From contig JAAOMT010000603.1 in assembly GCA_016748015.1 (NCBI GenBank), forward strand, positions 497,068-561,067: DNA of 64,000 nt, read 5' to 3'. Position 1 is the stretch's first letter; every line of letters starts with the position of its first letter. This DNA is from Geosiphon pyriformis uo1 (Eukaryota > Fungi > Glomeromycota). A program made the translations under genes and the position numbers. Shown piece by piece: positions 12,691 through 25,800 of this stretch. Below the pieces are notes generated by a model. That model was given only the letters and a program-made list of their open reading frames with translations, did not search any database and was not told the origin of the DNA.

Positions 12691-14364
12691 TCATCACCAG
12701 CCAGCGAAACTCTGTCAAATTTTTTTTTTTTTTTAAAACAGGCTACAGGATCTATTACAAATTCTTCTCACAGAGTCATATGATTAGAAAACCATTTCCA
12801 AGTCTCCGACACGCGGCATTCAAAACATCCAATAATAATGACACACCCAATTTTTTCATCTTTTTAATTTTCCATATTTACACCGCCATACCCAAAATAA
12901 TTCCTTGTCTATCGATTCTCATTTATGTGTGTGTGTGTGCAAAACTTGGCAAATTTAATCATCAGGGTTTTAAAAAATTTTGTTCATGGTCACTCAAAGA
13001 GACCTGGTCAAAACAAATGACGGAGTTACATGTCCTGGTGAGACAGTAAGGATGGTCAGACATTGATTCGATGCAGGGGGAAATTAAGTATTCAGCCCAA
13101 ATAAAAAGTTTTTAAAGTTAGTCAATTTCCAAAAGGGACAGTCAAGTAATTGTGAGGTTGATGTTTGAGATTGAGATATCGTTTCACAATGAATAAATCT
13201 TTTGAATACATTTAAATGATTTTTCGCAATTTGATGATGATTATTATTATTATTATTATTATTATTAAGAATGATTTCTTGTTTTTTTAAATATTAATAA
13301 TACAATAAAGTGATTTAGAAATTTTATAATAATGGTTTGAAAATTTTCAAAAATGTTTTGACTACTATTTTGATTTTCATAACGAAAAAAGCATATTTAT
13401 ATTCTTTCGAAAATTCATGTCATGTCACGTCATGTCACACACGTCAGTATGCTAATTCTCTTTATCACGTTAAAAAATACACCGTCATCAATGTCAAATC
13501 ATTTTTTTTCTCCTCTTCCTACACATCATCGTCATGATTAAATAACCCTCATGTGTACTGTATGAGATATGTTTGATTATAAAAAATATACCATAATATC
13601 AAATATATCATAAAAATGAAAGGATTTTTGTGATCATCAAAAAATGTACCAAAAATATCATTATTTATCGATATTTATAAATTTACGTAGAGTTTTTTTT
13701 TTTTAAAAAAAAACATTTAGATTTTTTCATTTTTCATTTTTTTTAATTAAAAAAGGGTGATTAAAAAAAAAGGGAACCTATGCAATTTTTTTTCTAACCC
13801 TAACCCTAACCCAGACCAATATCTAACCATAAATCCAATCTTTAACCCTTTTACCTTTTTACCTTTTTACCTTTTTCCTTTTTTTTTTCATCATGAAGAT
13901 TCTATAACATTCTATAACAAAATACGCGTCAGTTCAAATTTCATCATTAATGTCTATCAATGATCAAAGCCTTATTTTGGGAGGGAAAAAAAATAAATAA
14001 CTTTACAATTACAATTACAATTACAATTACAATTTACATATATAATTTACATATATAATTTACATATACATATACATGTACAAATTAATATTTGAAAAAT
14101 TTTTTTTATAAAGTGATATCATGTCTAATTCCTAAATGTAGGAAATGAATTGTTCGTGTTTTTTTTTTTGTTTTTTTTTTAATTGGAATTCGTTTTGATT
14201 TTCAATGCACACCTTTTTTTCTAATAATCACATTACACACACACAGACACACATCACACATCCCCATTCTAGAAAAAAAAAAATTTTTTTAAGTATACCT
14301 AACACACACTGCGTCTAATTCTAGTTTTTTTCAAAAAAAAAAAGAAAAAGAGAAAAAATTAATA

Positions 14365-14377
14365 AATAATAATAATG

Positions 14378-14459
<82 letters not shown>

Positions 14460-14615
14460 TAATAACAAGAATAATAATAAAAAAAGAAAAAAAAAGGTGT
14501 CACTCAGGTTCCATAATCTGCTTAATTATAAATAAATAATAAAAAAGTTAAATCTACCGCTCAAAATGCTTTTAGGGTCTTTTTATTATTATTATCATTA
14601 TTATTATTATTATTA

Positions 14616-14653
<38 letters not shown>

Positions 14654-14891
14654 TAACTTGGCATTATATTTTAATCTCTACTCTCTCTCTCTCTCTCTCT
14701 CCCTCTTAGATATATATGATTATTCAAAACCCTCGAAACTTTCCTTAAATGGTTCTTTTTCAGTAACCCCCCTCATTCTTTCATTCTTTCATTCATTCAT
14801 ATATATACATACATACATACATACATACATAGATACATAGATATACACACACTTTAAATTTTTCGAAAAAAAAAAAAAAAAAAAAAAAAAA
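14365..14891. repeat. (TAA)n, (TAT)n, (CT)n, (TACA)n and poly-A microsatellite cluster
   Basis: Directly visible in the sequence. Confidence 0.95.
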
Positions 14892-14980
14892 GGTCACCAC
14901 AATAAAATCCCAATAATCCTAATAATCCTAATTTATATGTTCATAATCTAAAAAACAATGAACTGTTTTCTACCATTCAG

Positions 14981-14987
14981 TATAAAA
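14981..14987 (+). promoter_or_regulatory. Candidate TATA box of the zinc-finger gene
   Basis: TATAAAA followed by a CT-rich stretch and about 740 nt in which I find no ATG before 15730. Confidence 0.5.
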
Positions 14988-15729
14988 CCCTTCTCTCCTC
15001 CTCCTTTTACCCTTCAACTCTTGTCAACGACAACAAAAACCGCTCCTTCTTCTCAAGTGGTTCCTGTTCTTTTCTTGAAAAGTTGTCGCCTACAAAGTAA
15101 TTTTTAAAGGCGATAGTGCTCACATTTTTGGGTTCCCGTGTGTCCCTTAAATATTATTTGACTTTTGAGTTAGCTGAAAAAGGCCTTTGGTGCCGGTTTA
15201 ACAAACAAAACTCCCTCTCTCTTCTAGTAAAAAGGCAAACGAAAGAAGTGCCTCTTCCTTCTTTTCGTATTCTGCCTATCTTTTACCTGGTCATTTAGGA
15301 CCAGTTTTTTTGTCCTTTACGAGTTTCACTCATACTTCAAAAGTCGCGGTTCTTTCGACTTTTTTCAATTTTAAAACTTCCACCTACCTTCTTTCTCTTC
15401 GGCGGTTTAACGCTTCAATAAACTTTAACAAAAAATCCCCTTTAACTTATCAAAGAATTCTGTATACCTTTTTTTTTTTATACCAATAATAAACCAAAGA
15501 CGAAATATACAACAACTCTACTATCTTGACAACTAATATTCGAAATTACATTAAATCTCCACGTCTATACGACCCACCAACTATCAACACCAGCTTTACA
15601 GTTAACTTTAGAAATCGAAAAAAAAACTTTTAAGTCGATTTTCTTATCATAAATAAAGAAACCTAATTTATTAACTGAACCCCAATCAAATATCTCCATC
15701 CTTCCCACTCATTTAACGACTTTGCTACA

Positions 15730-17709
15730 ATGGACTCGAATTACTTTAACCAAATCGGTGATTTTATGGACCAAACATCAACTAATCTTCACGGTGACTT
15801 TACAATTTTCGACGAAAAAACTACCGATTTTCAACCTCATCAAACCCCTTGCCATTGGCAAGCAGTCGGTAGTCCTTTTCTTTGCACTACACCCTTAATT
15901 AACTGTCATGATTTAACCTCTCCTCTTGATCGAGCCGTATGGCCGGTTTTATCTGCTGGAACTACTCCCGCATTGTTTCCTGAAGATTATCGAGTTGTTC
16001 GTCCACAACATCAAAAAACTAGCTGGCATTTATTGTCTGCTGGAACTACTCCGTTTCTCAAGGCCGAGGAATTCTATGAAATGGAAGACCAACATTATTT
16101 CAACGTGAATGAAAGCCCTTTCCCAACAAACTCGAATGACCTTTCCTATAACGAACTCGCGGAATTGACACCAATAATTTTACAAATGTCTTCAATAGAG
16201 CATCAATCGCAATTACAAGGATCTCAAATTATTTCTCCCATCATCCCTTCAAATTCCTTGGATTTCGAATCTCCTTTACCACAATCGCTTCCTCTTACTC
16301 CGGGACTTGACATTCAGCACCAACCACAATTATCGTTATTACAATCATCTCTTTCATCAGTTCCCATGACTGAAACTAATCAAATTATCGATCAAGGCCA
16401 ATCGGATAATTCCTGGATCCCCTTCTCTCCTTATCCACAATCAGTTAATACCGCTGATAATATGATGGTCTTAACACATTCACCCATCTCTTACGATATC
16501 TGCCATGGTATTGATTCTGATAAAAGTCTTCTATTAGCATCACTTCACAATTACACCTCGGACACATCAGCATATTCATCGGCTATGACTACTCCTCAAA
16601 ACATTCACTACATCTACCCTGAGATTGTTGCTGGAGTCGATCCAATTCCTTTTGTTGATTCCTTAAACTACCCTGATAACACATCTGCTATCATGAACCA
16701 AAAGAAAGCCGCCATAAATTTCCCAATACCAGAACACACAATTTCAAAAGTAACAGGAAGGCTAAGGAATTTAGGGAAACCTAAATATTATGGAAATTCG
16801 TTTTACGGTGATTTGCAAGATATCAGAACGCAAGATCAAACCATCGCTTTGACCACAATAAAGAAGCGATCAGGTGAAAAACTAGCAGATTCAAGAAGCT
16901 CCATCAAAAACCCGAATGATTCCAACACACCGTTCTACGGTGATTTGCAAGATATCGAAATGGAAGTACCTATTGCTCTACCTGAAATGGAGAAGCAATC
17001 AAGTTCAGGAAATTCGGCCAAAGAAATTGATACACCCTCAGAATTAACAGTCATCACAACAGGTACGACCCCTAACAATGACGAGACTACATCTGCGGCC
17101 AAAAATGAAACCACTCCTCAAGAAGAAGTCGGCACATCTTCGAATACCTCTGTTCCAGATGAAGGCCTTTCAGCTTTGCCTGGTAGTCCTGCCCTTACTT
17201 CAACCGCTCAAGAAATTGTGGGAACTTCTTCAAACTTAATCGGTTCAATTTCTGACACGACAACAGCCGAGGCAAGAACAAAACGTCCGGTCCCAATTTG
17301 TCCTCGCCCAGACCAAGAGAAACAAGAGACTCCCTCCGGTGCAGGTGCTGAAGAAACTGATCTTGAGCCGCTCAGAAAAAGGAGACGAAAGTCGACCGGT
17401 TCAGCTTCGGGTCAATCATCGACTGGCGAGGACAAAGAGAGAAGATTTCCTTGTCCATTGTGTAACTATCGCTTTGCACGAAAATGGAACAGGGACGAAC
17501 ACAAAAAGACCCATGACACGAATAGGCAAAAGGATTTCGCCTGTGAATTCCCCGGGTGTACCTCTACCTTCACACGTAAGCATGATCTTAAGAGACATAC
17601 TGGAAATGTTCACGTGGGCGAAATCAATTTCCAATGTCCCGCCTGTAAAAAAGGTTTCAGCCGCAAGGATGCCTGGAAACGGCACGTAATATCCTGCGAC
17701 AAAAAGTAA
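15730..17709 (+). CDS. C2H2 zinc-finger transcription factor (two C2H2 fingers plus one C2HC at the C-terminus)
   Basis: 659-aa intronless ORF. Fingers CPLC..H..TH, CEFPGC..TRKHDLKRH..VH and CPAC..FSRKDAWKRHVISC. NLS RKRRRK. Acidic S/T/P-rich N-terminus. Confidence 0.93.
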   Translation: MDSNYFNQIGDFMDQTSTNLHGDFTIFDEKTTDFQPHQTPCHWQAVGSPFLCTTPLINCHDLTSPLDRAVWPVLSAGTTPALFPEDYRVVRPQHQKTSWHLLSAGTTPFLKAEEFYEMEDQHYFNVNESPFPTNSNDLSYNELAELTPIILQMSSIEHQSQLQGSQIISPIIPSNSLDFESPLPQSLPLTPGLDIQHQPQLSLLQSSLSSVPMTETNQIIDQGQSDNSWIPFSPYPQSVNTADNMMVLTHSPISYDICHGIDSDKSLLLASLHNYTSDTSAYSSAMTTPQNIHYIYPEIVAGVDPIPFVDSLNYPDNTSAIMNQKKAAINFPIPEHTISKVTGRLRNLGKPKYYGNSFYGDLQDIRTQDQTIALTTIKKRSGEKLADSRSSIKNPNDSNTPFYGDLQDIEMEVPIALPEMEKQSSSGNSAKEIDTPSELTVITTGTTPNNDETTSAAKNETTPQEEVGTSSNTSVPDEGLSALPGSPALTSTAQEIVGTSSNLIGSISDTTTAEARTKRPVPICPRPDQEKQETPSGAGAEETDLEPLRKRRRKSTGSASGQSSTGEDKERRFPCPLCNYRFARKWNRDEHKKTHDTNRQKDFACEFPGCTSTFTRKHDLKRHTGNVHVGEINFQCPACKKGFSRKDAWKRHVISCDKK

Positions 17710-18730
17710 TTATTTAATCGAGGATCACAATTGCTTCCTCAAACCGTACAATAAAAAACGATAAATCTCTATTGCGTAAAACGGTCGTGACTTGTGTTGG
17801 CTTTTCCTTGAAAAGCAAAAAACAAGTGGTAATAATGGACGTGGGTATTAATACATACCCTTTCCCATTATTTACTAATAGACGACTTGGCAATGGTGAG
17901 CCAAGAATGTAAGAAGTTAAAGAAGGTCGTTTCCCCATCTTAGATTGTAAGATAGTTAAGAATCCGTTAGCTAGTTAGTAAATTAGTTTGTCAGTTCCTT
18001 TTTCTTTTGTTTTACGTCCGACGATCATGTCGACTCATTCTTAAATTAATGAATAAAGAATTTTTTGGGTCTTCATAAGTCCATCTCATACCTCTTTTGA
18101 ATTATTATTTTATTGGTTTATCCACTCTTTGTGGTTGTTAGTTGCCGCTCAAGTTAAAAAAGAAATATGATGTACAAATTACAAATCTTGGGAAATTATT
18201 GGCACTCGCCTATCTAGTATTAATATCAGCTCTTGTGGGAATATGACATAAGCATCATTTATCTGTTGATTTGTTTATCTAATGTTTTTTTTGATATTGT
18301 CAAACTATTTAATTTTAAATGTATTTGTACTTTTGAATATTGTTATTGTGTCTGAATGTTATTTTTTAAATAAATTCTAAAATGTTTGAATTGTTTCTTT
18401 AAATAATCGCATCTTAAAATGTAATTTCTGAATTGATTTAAAGTATGATAATTATTTTTAATCTTGTTTAAATATTAATATTATTAAATTAGATTTTTGA
18501 TTCAATTATCAAATATAGTTGATTAATTAATATTGTTTTGAAATATATATATATATACATTTTTTTTTGTTTTTAATTTTGTCATTTTAAAATTAATTTT
18601 TAAAATTAAAACCCAATTACAACCATTAAAATTAAATTACAATAAATTAATTAAGCTTAAAAAAATATTAAAAAACAAAAAAAACTTGAAAATAATTAAA
18701 TTAAATTAAATTATTAAATAAAAAACTTTA

Positions 18731-18761
<31 letters not shown>

Positions 18762-20462
18762 TAGATTAATATATGTATTTTAATGTAAAATAAATAAATA
18801 AAAATATATTACCAATTTTTTTAAATTTAATTTTGTTATAAAAAACTTTTTTTATTTTTTTATTTTATGATTATAACTAAAACAAAGTGTAAAAAAGTTT
18901 TAAATGTTATTTTTTTTATAGTAATTAATAAAATTTCAATAAAAAAAGAGAACTTAATACTAATAAAAAACTTTTTTCTCTCTTTCATCTCAAATTCCTA
19001 AAAAAGAGTCAAAAGTTTTTGAAAGAAGTTTTTTAACCATTCAGTATGATAAAACCAAACTGTTTTTTGACTTCGAGACCACCATTGGCCCTAGTATAGC
19101 TGTCATAGAAAAGATTGCAAAAAATTCTGGTTCTAGTAGGGGTTTCAAATCTGTTCTGTCAAGGAAAAAGAGAAAAGGCATTGCTTTGGATGAAAGTGTT
19201 GATGTGAAAGTGGTTTCTGCTAAACTGTCTGGTGGTCATTCATGGGGGTCTGAAACTGGTGATACTATTGAGTCTAAGAGTGTTGACATGGAAGAAGAAT
19301 GTCTGGTAGAAGAAACCAGCTTCAATTACAGTAAAAATGGTGCACTTGCTAATGGGGATCCTAATCAAACACCAAAGAATTCTAAGATCAAGACCAAAAA
19401 AGCATTGGACAAGTCTCTAAGGATAATCAACTATGTGACTGGCAGTGAGAATAATGATGTTTTGAATGAGTTTGCTCTTCTCCCACCCCTTCTTCTAATC
19501 AAGTCTTCTGTTCAAATTTCTGTGTGCAAATCTTTTGCTTTAGATATTGATTTTGTTTCCATCACTGTGAATTCTTCTTGGGAAAAATTGGGTTTTATTA
19601 GGAAAATTTTCTCTGGTGTAAACAGTTTTGAAAGGGTCTCTACCCCCTCAAAATTTGGTAGAATTATCTGTGTTACTTTTACATCTGAGAAGGTGATGAT
19701 AAATGCGGCTAATTTAGCCAATGATTGTGGTGTTGTAGTAAATACCAATCTCAAGCACCCAGTCAACAATCATATGAATCGGGCTATTGTTTTGAAAGAA
19801 ATTTCTGTAGGCACTTCTGTGGAGGCTGTGTGGGCTGCAGTGTCTGCTTTTAGGAAGATTAAGGTGATCAAAATGCAATTGGTGGGTTTGTGGCAAAAGG
19901 CAATCATTAAATTGAAGGATTAAGATCAAGCTGATCTGTTGGCTTCTGAATGGTCCATCCTTAGCAGGAAAGATGCAGTGCAAGTGGCCAGGGCTGATAT
20001 TAATAAACAATTGTGAAAAGCCAAAGATAGTTATAGGGCTTTGCTGTATACTCTCCCTATAGGAACTATTGCTCATGATTTATGGGATTTCATTGGATCT
20101 GTTGGTGGGAAAACTTGCTTCATCGATCGTAATCCTGCCAGTTACTCTCGTGTCTACTGTGCCACTGTGTGTTTTAGTTCTGAAATGGAATTGGTTAAAA
20201 CAATGGCAGCAACTCCAGTTATAAAAGGTGTTGGTCTCCATTGGTTTCATCTCTCTTTGGCTTCATGTGTGGTCTACAGGAATTTTGGTCATACATCTCT
20301 TAGTTGCAGATCTGTTAAAGATACTGTGATTCTGGGTGGCAAAAAGACTCTCCTTTTGACCCAGAACCAGCTCAGATTAGTGAAAATTTATGCAAAAAAA
20401 TCTGCATCTATTTCTCGCTCTTTGACTTTCAGTGGTAAGACTTGGGCATCTGTAGTTGGTGC

Positions 20463-22874
20463 TGTTACCAGAGGTTTTTGGTCTCTTCTTAGCTCTTGTA
20501 TGTTTGTTGTAATGCTGTTAATTCACAACTATGAGAAGTGTTTTGAATCTCCAATAACTGAATTTATTTTCAAATTATCTCTTATAATTTGAACTGCTGG
20601 GCTTATGAATGGAATGATTAATTCCATGTCAGTTACTTTGTATAATTACATTGTAGTAAACATCAACTCTTTTCCAGGAAATGCTCATTTGGAAGCTCAC
20701 TAAAATGTGTAGTTACTTTACTGTAAAAGTCAACTCTTCTATAGAAATTCTTATCTGTAGAATACCCAAATAATTTATAATAAGAAAAGAAGAAAAATAA
20801 AAAAAATGTAAAAGAAATTGAATTCTGTCAAGAAAAACGTTTTCTATCCAGGCCTGGAGTCACTAACAGTTTACTGAAATTGGTAGCTAATCAATTTCAA
20901 AATGTTAGTTGGGTTTTGGGGATTTTCCAAGTGCAATAATTAAAGAATTTGGTTTTTTGAATTATTTGATATTTATTTCTTTTTGTGTGTATAGGAACGG
21001 TTTTAAGTAATAAATCTAAAGATAAATACATTTTCTCAAAGAAAAAAGCTCTTTTTTTATACAACTTGTCATAACACTATTCTATAAACTTGAACTTTGC
21101 TATTTTCTACAATTTTGCTGAACTAAAGATATATTTCAGTGAACTACAAGTTATTTCTGCGAACTATTAGATATTTTGGTGAACTATCAATTATTTTGGC
21201 GAATTTCTACAAATTTTGGCAAACTTTTTGAATGTTACATAGTTCAAGATATTGCATAATTGATCATCACAATTAGGTTACATTTGTGTTATGTACAAAT
21301 TGGGTTATTAATTAAATGATGATTTTGGATATTTTGCTAATATAATAAGTGATAATTTGAAATGATAATATATGTTAATTAATGATAAGATTTATAAGGG
21401 TAATTTTATGCTAAACAATATTTCTAATTTCATCTAGTAACATAACCTCCTCCTCAAGACTGAGCTCCGTCGAAGTTCAAGTACTATCTGTAATTTCCAG
21501 ATAATAATCCAAAATTATTGAAGAAATTTGGTCTGAGAATTGTTGAAATTTCAGTTCTGTAAGCTTTCCAATGTATTGAATCTTCAAAGGCTGTAAAATT
21601 GGTGGCTTTCTGAAGCAACTCAGTAGGCTTGCTGTCGTCTTGGTTTGGCATCTCCTGTATAGATTTGGTGTTGGACCAATTCGGTTCTTCCTAAGTCATT
21701 GTTGTTTTCAGCAAAAATATTGGCAAATTTTGCAATTAGCTCTTTGAGCTGGCTCTGTTGTTGTGGTTCAAGTTGTCCCATGTTAATTTGAGATGGTTTT
21801 TTTATGACAACATGGTAGTTTTCAGAGCTGGAGTTTGGGTTGATTTTTGGTAGTAAATGTTCAATAATTTCAGAGAAATCGGGGACTATTTGGAGTAATT
21901 CTTGTTAAAAGATATTACTGTGAATAATTCCAATTTCTAAGTTATTTAATAAAACTATGGGGAAATTGTTGGGATTGTAAAAAGTAACTCGGATTTTTTT
22001 TGTTCCTTCTGGAATATAAATGTTTGGGATTGAAATATTATGTTTCAAGCAGATTTGTTCGTTGGACTCAAAAATTTGTTGTGTGGTTGTTGGCTTTTCA
22101 CAAGTGTAAATTTCAGGGTATTCTCCAAAGGGTGAAATGGTAATTGGTTGTGGAAGTCGTAAAATTTGGTGAGATTCTTTCTGTTTGTTGAGAGCTATGT
22201 TTACTGGAACTGTGAATTGTCCAGTTGAACCAAAACCTTGGATTCCTCTTTCACTTTCTCCCAATAGTTCTCTTTGATTGACTAATTGTAAACCCAAAAT
22301 GTTGATTAAGAGTAAATAAATGGCTTGGGCAATTTTCTCAGCATGTTCAATCTTAAATAGCTTGTCAGTTTTGTTTTGGAGTATTACTGTTATGTCACCA
22401 GTATATCCAGCATTGATTATTCCTCCTCTGACATTGATTCCTTTGTTTGCCAGAGAAAACTGGGAGGTGATTTGAACCATTGCTCCTAGCAGGATTTCGA
22501 GAACAATTTTGAGGTTGATTTTTGTGAGAAATTTGGGTTTGAGAATGAGAGTATCCTTGTCTAGATATCTTAGGTCATATCCAGCATTAATTTCATATGC
22601 TTTTTCAGGTTTTATTCCTTGTCCATTGTTGTTGAAGTATTTGAGTTGTAAGACAGGCTGATTTTCGATAAGATAGATAGGTGTTGTTTCAATTTCTTCT
22701 GTTGCTTCAGGTTCTCCAAATTCAATTTCATTTTCATCACTTTCACTGGGCAAGGAAATGCTAAGAGCGTAGCATTCAGAACACCATTGTTCATTACAAA
22801 ACATTATGTATTCCTTACATAATTTAATGTTCATTTGTTCTAGCCGTTGAGCTTGAGCTTTTTTAGTCAGGTAG
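20463..22874 (-). mobile_element. Gypsy element 1: 5'-truncated, internally deleted (dUTPase, end of ORF3, 3' LTR)
   Basis: LTR 20463-21442 is the reverse complement of the 27458 LTR family. PPT at 21443-21455. ORF 21905-22906 contains dUTPase motifs AGYDL, GII(N)AGYTG, IAQAI and RGIQGFGSTG. Confidence 0.9.
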
Positions 22875-25800
22875 AGATTGGAAAAAATGTTGGAAAAACT
22901 TTCCAAATCTTTTTTAAGCTTATTTGCCTGCTTTGATGGTTTAGCTCTAACTGGTGGTGCATCCTTACAAATTTCTTCTCAATGAATGAGCTAATCTGAA
23001 AGGTAGCCATGTGCAATGTTTGTGGAATGAACAATCTTGCAAAACAAGATAATGTTATTCATTGGCATAGGAACATAAACAATCTTATTTCCATTGTTAT
23101 GGAGTCTAAACTTAAAGGAAAGATTCAACTCTGGTTAACCAGCAAATTTGATGGTGTCCAGGTATTTACTTCTGGTCTGGATTCTGGTTATCTGGGTGTT
23201 GGCATAGTGATTATTATGAACTCTTTTTTGGCTAAACATGTGTATAAGATCTCTAAAGTGCCAGGTCAGCTCCTATCCATTAAGTTGCTTTTCAAAAATA
23301 AACTTTTGGTATCAATTTTAGAACTTTACACAGGTGCTTCTTTGGTGGTTCAGTTTGCTCAGGCTGATAAGATCAACTCTCTCATCGCAAGGGCTGTTAA
23401 TGAATCTTTTTTTGTTGTCTTCGGTGGTGATTTTAATGAAGATGGGTCTCATAAGTGTGCTAGTTTCAAAAAATGCCTTGATTTAGGACTGGTCAATTCT
23501 TTAGTTGGGAGTGAGTTTTTGAAGATGCCTACTTGGGCAAATTCTAGAGGCATTAGAAAAACAATTAATTTTGTGTTCATATCTCCTAATCTGGTTAATG
23601 TGTTAGTGCATCATGATGTCTTGGATGTCAGTGAGCATTTTGACACAGATTATCGGACTGTTTCTGTGTCCTTGGGTTTGGGTGGGCTTTTAAATATACA
23701 GTTGAACTCTCTTCACAAACAAGCAAACAAAAACAGATAGAAGTTTAATTTCAGAGGCACTAATGAAAATAAATGGATTAACTTCAAGTGTACTATATTG
23801 GATAATGTTATAATGTTTGCAGATGAGTTTTTTGCTTTAATAAGATTGTCAGATTTAGATGCAATGTGGGGGGTTGTTCACAAAATTTTCATTCTTTTGG
23901 CAAACAAAGTGTTCAAAAAGAAATAGTTTAAGGAGTTTGATGAGGTCTTCACCAAGAATTCTTCGAGATTTCACAAGTTAGAGCTTTTGGTTTCTAGGAT
24001 TGTCAAAGCATCTCATAAGAAAGATGGTGAGTATTTTGCTTCTCTCATAGAATGTTGGAATTCTCTGGATAGTGATAGGACTTTAGTCATTCAGTCTCTG
24101 ATTGCTTCTGATATGAACTCTGGTCAAGTTCATTCTGCTCTTTTGGGTGTTAGGAAATCTTATCATGCATTTAAACTTGTTAAATCTCAGTGTGCTAAAG
24201 AGGCTCACATCAGATCTGCCATTGATAAAAAGATGGAGAGTTTTGGAGTGAATAAGAATCATACAATAAAGAGTGTTTTTGAGCATCCATTTCATAAGGT
24301 GGTGCTTAATCACTTGATTGTCAATGATGAACTGATTTTGGAATCTGATCTGATTAAGTCTGAGGTAGATGTAATTATGGAGAGTTGGACCAGGAAACAT
24401 AGGGTGGTTGATAATGTTTCGGATGATTGGTGCTGCCAATACCATCCGTTGGAGTATGTTTTTGATGAAGCTTTCTCTGGTATAATGTGTCCAATCAGTT
24501 TTGATGAATTGTTTAGGATAATTTCTGATCTTCCTGATGGCAAAGCTGTTGGTTTGTTGGAGATATCTAATAAGCTTTGGAAACATTGGAATAAGTTGGT
24601 TCTAGACATGTTGTTGGTACTTTTAAATTCTTGTTTAACTGGTGAATTTGTGCCTGGTCCTTGGAAAGAGGCCTGAGTCTTGATGATTCTCAAACTCTAT
24701 GAATGGGAGGGCATTTTGACAAATACTCATCTCATTGCTTTGATTGAAATGACCTGTAAGATTTTTTCCAAGGTTCTCTCTGATAGGATTTCTGCAGCTT
24801 ACAGTGCTTTTAATGTTTTTCATGAGGACAATTTTTTGGTTTTGAAGGGTACAACTACTTAGTCTCCCATTTTTGCTATTGGTTTGGTAATTGAAGATGC
24901 CTTGGAAAAGGACCAAGAACTCTGGTTGGTTTTGCAAGACATATGAAAGGCCTATAATTCGGTCAGCTGGAAGCATCTCAAGAAAAGTTTGATTAGGATT
25001 AAGATGTGCAGCAAATTTATTTGATTTTTTGGTAATATTTACAGAGATTATACCAACTGAGTTATGACAGATTTTGATTTGACTAATGGTTATCGTGTTC
25101 ATAATAGTTTAGATCAAGGGGAAGTTTTTTCCTCACTTCTGTGGCACATCTTTTATGATCCTCTGTTGTGTGAAGTTAAGTGTTAGGAAAGTGTGTATAG
25201 ATATAGGTTGAACTCTTATTTTGTTTCTAGAAGTGGTTACCCTGAATCCCAGGCTGGGCTCTCTTTATTTTTTTACTGCTGGTGCTTTTGTTGATAACAC
25301 AATTTGGGTTGGTAGCAGTCAGATTGCTACTCAACATATTCTTAATATTGCCAGTGAATTTTTTCAGATTAATGACATCTCAATTAATAATGACAAAACA
25401 GTGGTCATTCTAATCAATAGCAAGATCAGTAGTCTTTCTCTTTCTATTAGTGGTTCACCCATCTTTATTGCCAAAAAGAAGAAGTCTCATTGGTATCTGG
25501 GTATTTTTTTTTCAACTAAAGGTCTTTCAAAACCTAGTTTGGCTAAAGTGCATTCAGATATTCAATTTTTTGTCAATTTGGTCCTGAAAAAGGCTGTCTC
25601 TAATAAACAATACTTGTACTTGGTTTTAGCGGTCCTCCAACCCATTGTCAGCTATCAGATGCAATTTAGTTTTGTTCCAATCGGCATTTGTGACAAGTAG
25701 GATGCTCTGGTTTGTAGGGATTTAAAGCTTAAGTCTGGTCTTTTGCTCAATTTTCTTAATGATACACTTCATCACCCTTTTTTTTATGGTTTAAAGTCAT

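Noticed and set aside
13794-13812. Telomere
   Set aside because: Only three CCCTAA-type units at an internal position; at most a binding site.
10936-14840. ORFs with poly-I/L/Y/HT tracts
   Set aside because: They are translations of microsatellites.
15730-17709. Naming the transcription factor CRZ1
   Set aside because: The recognition helices are only loosely similar; orthology cannot be shown without a search.
25285-25305. Novel RT catalytic motif FVDN/FIDN
   Set aside because: Most simply FVDD with G>A decay, given the pervasive transitions.
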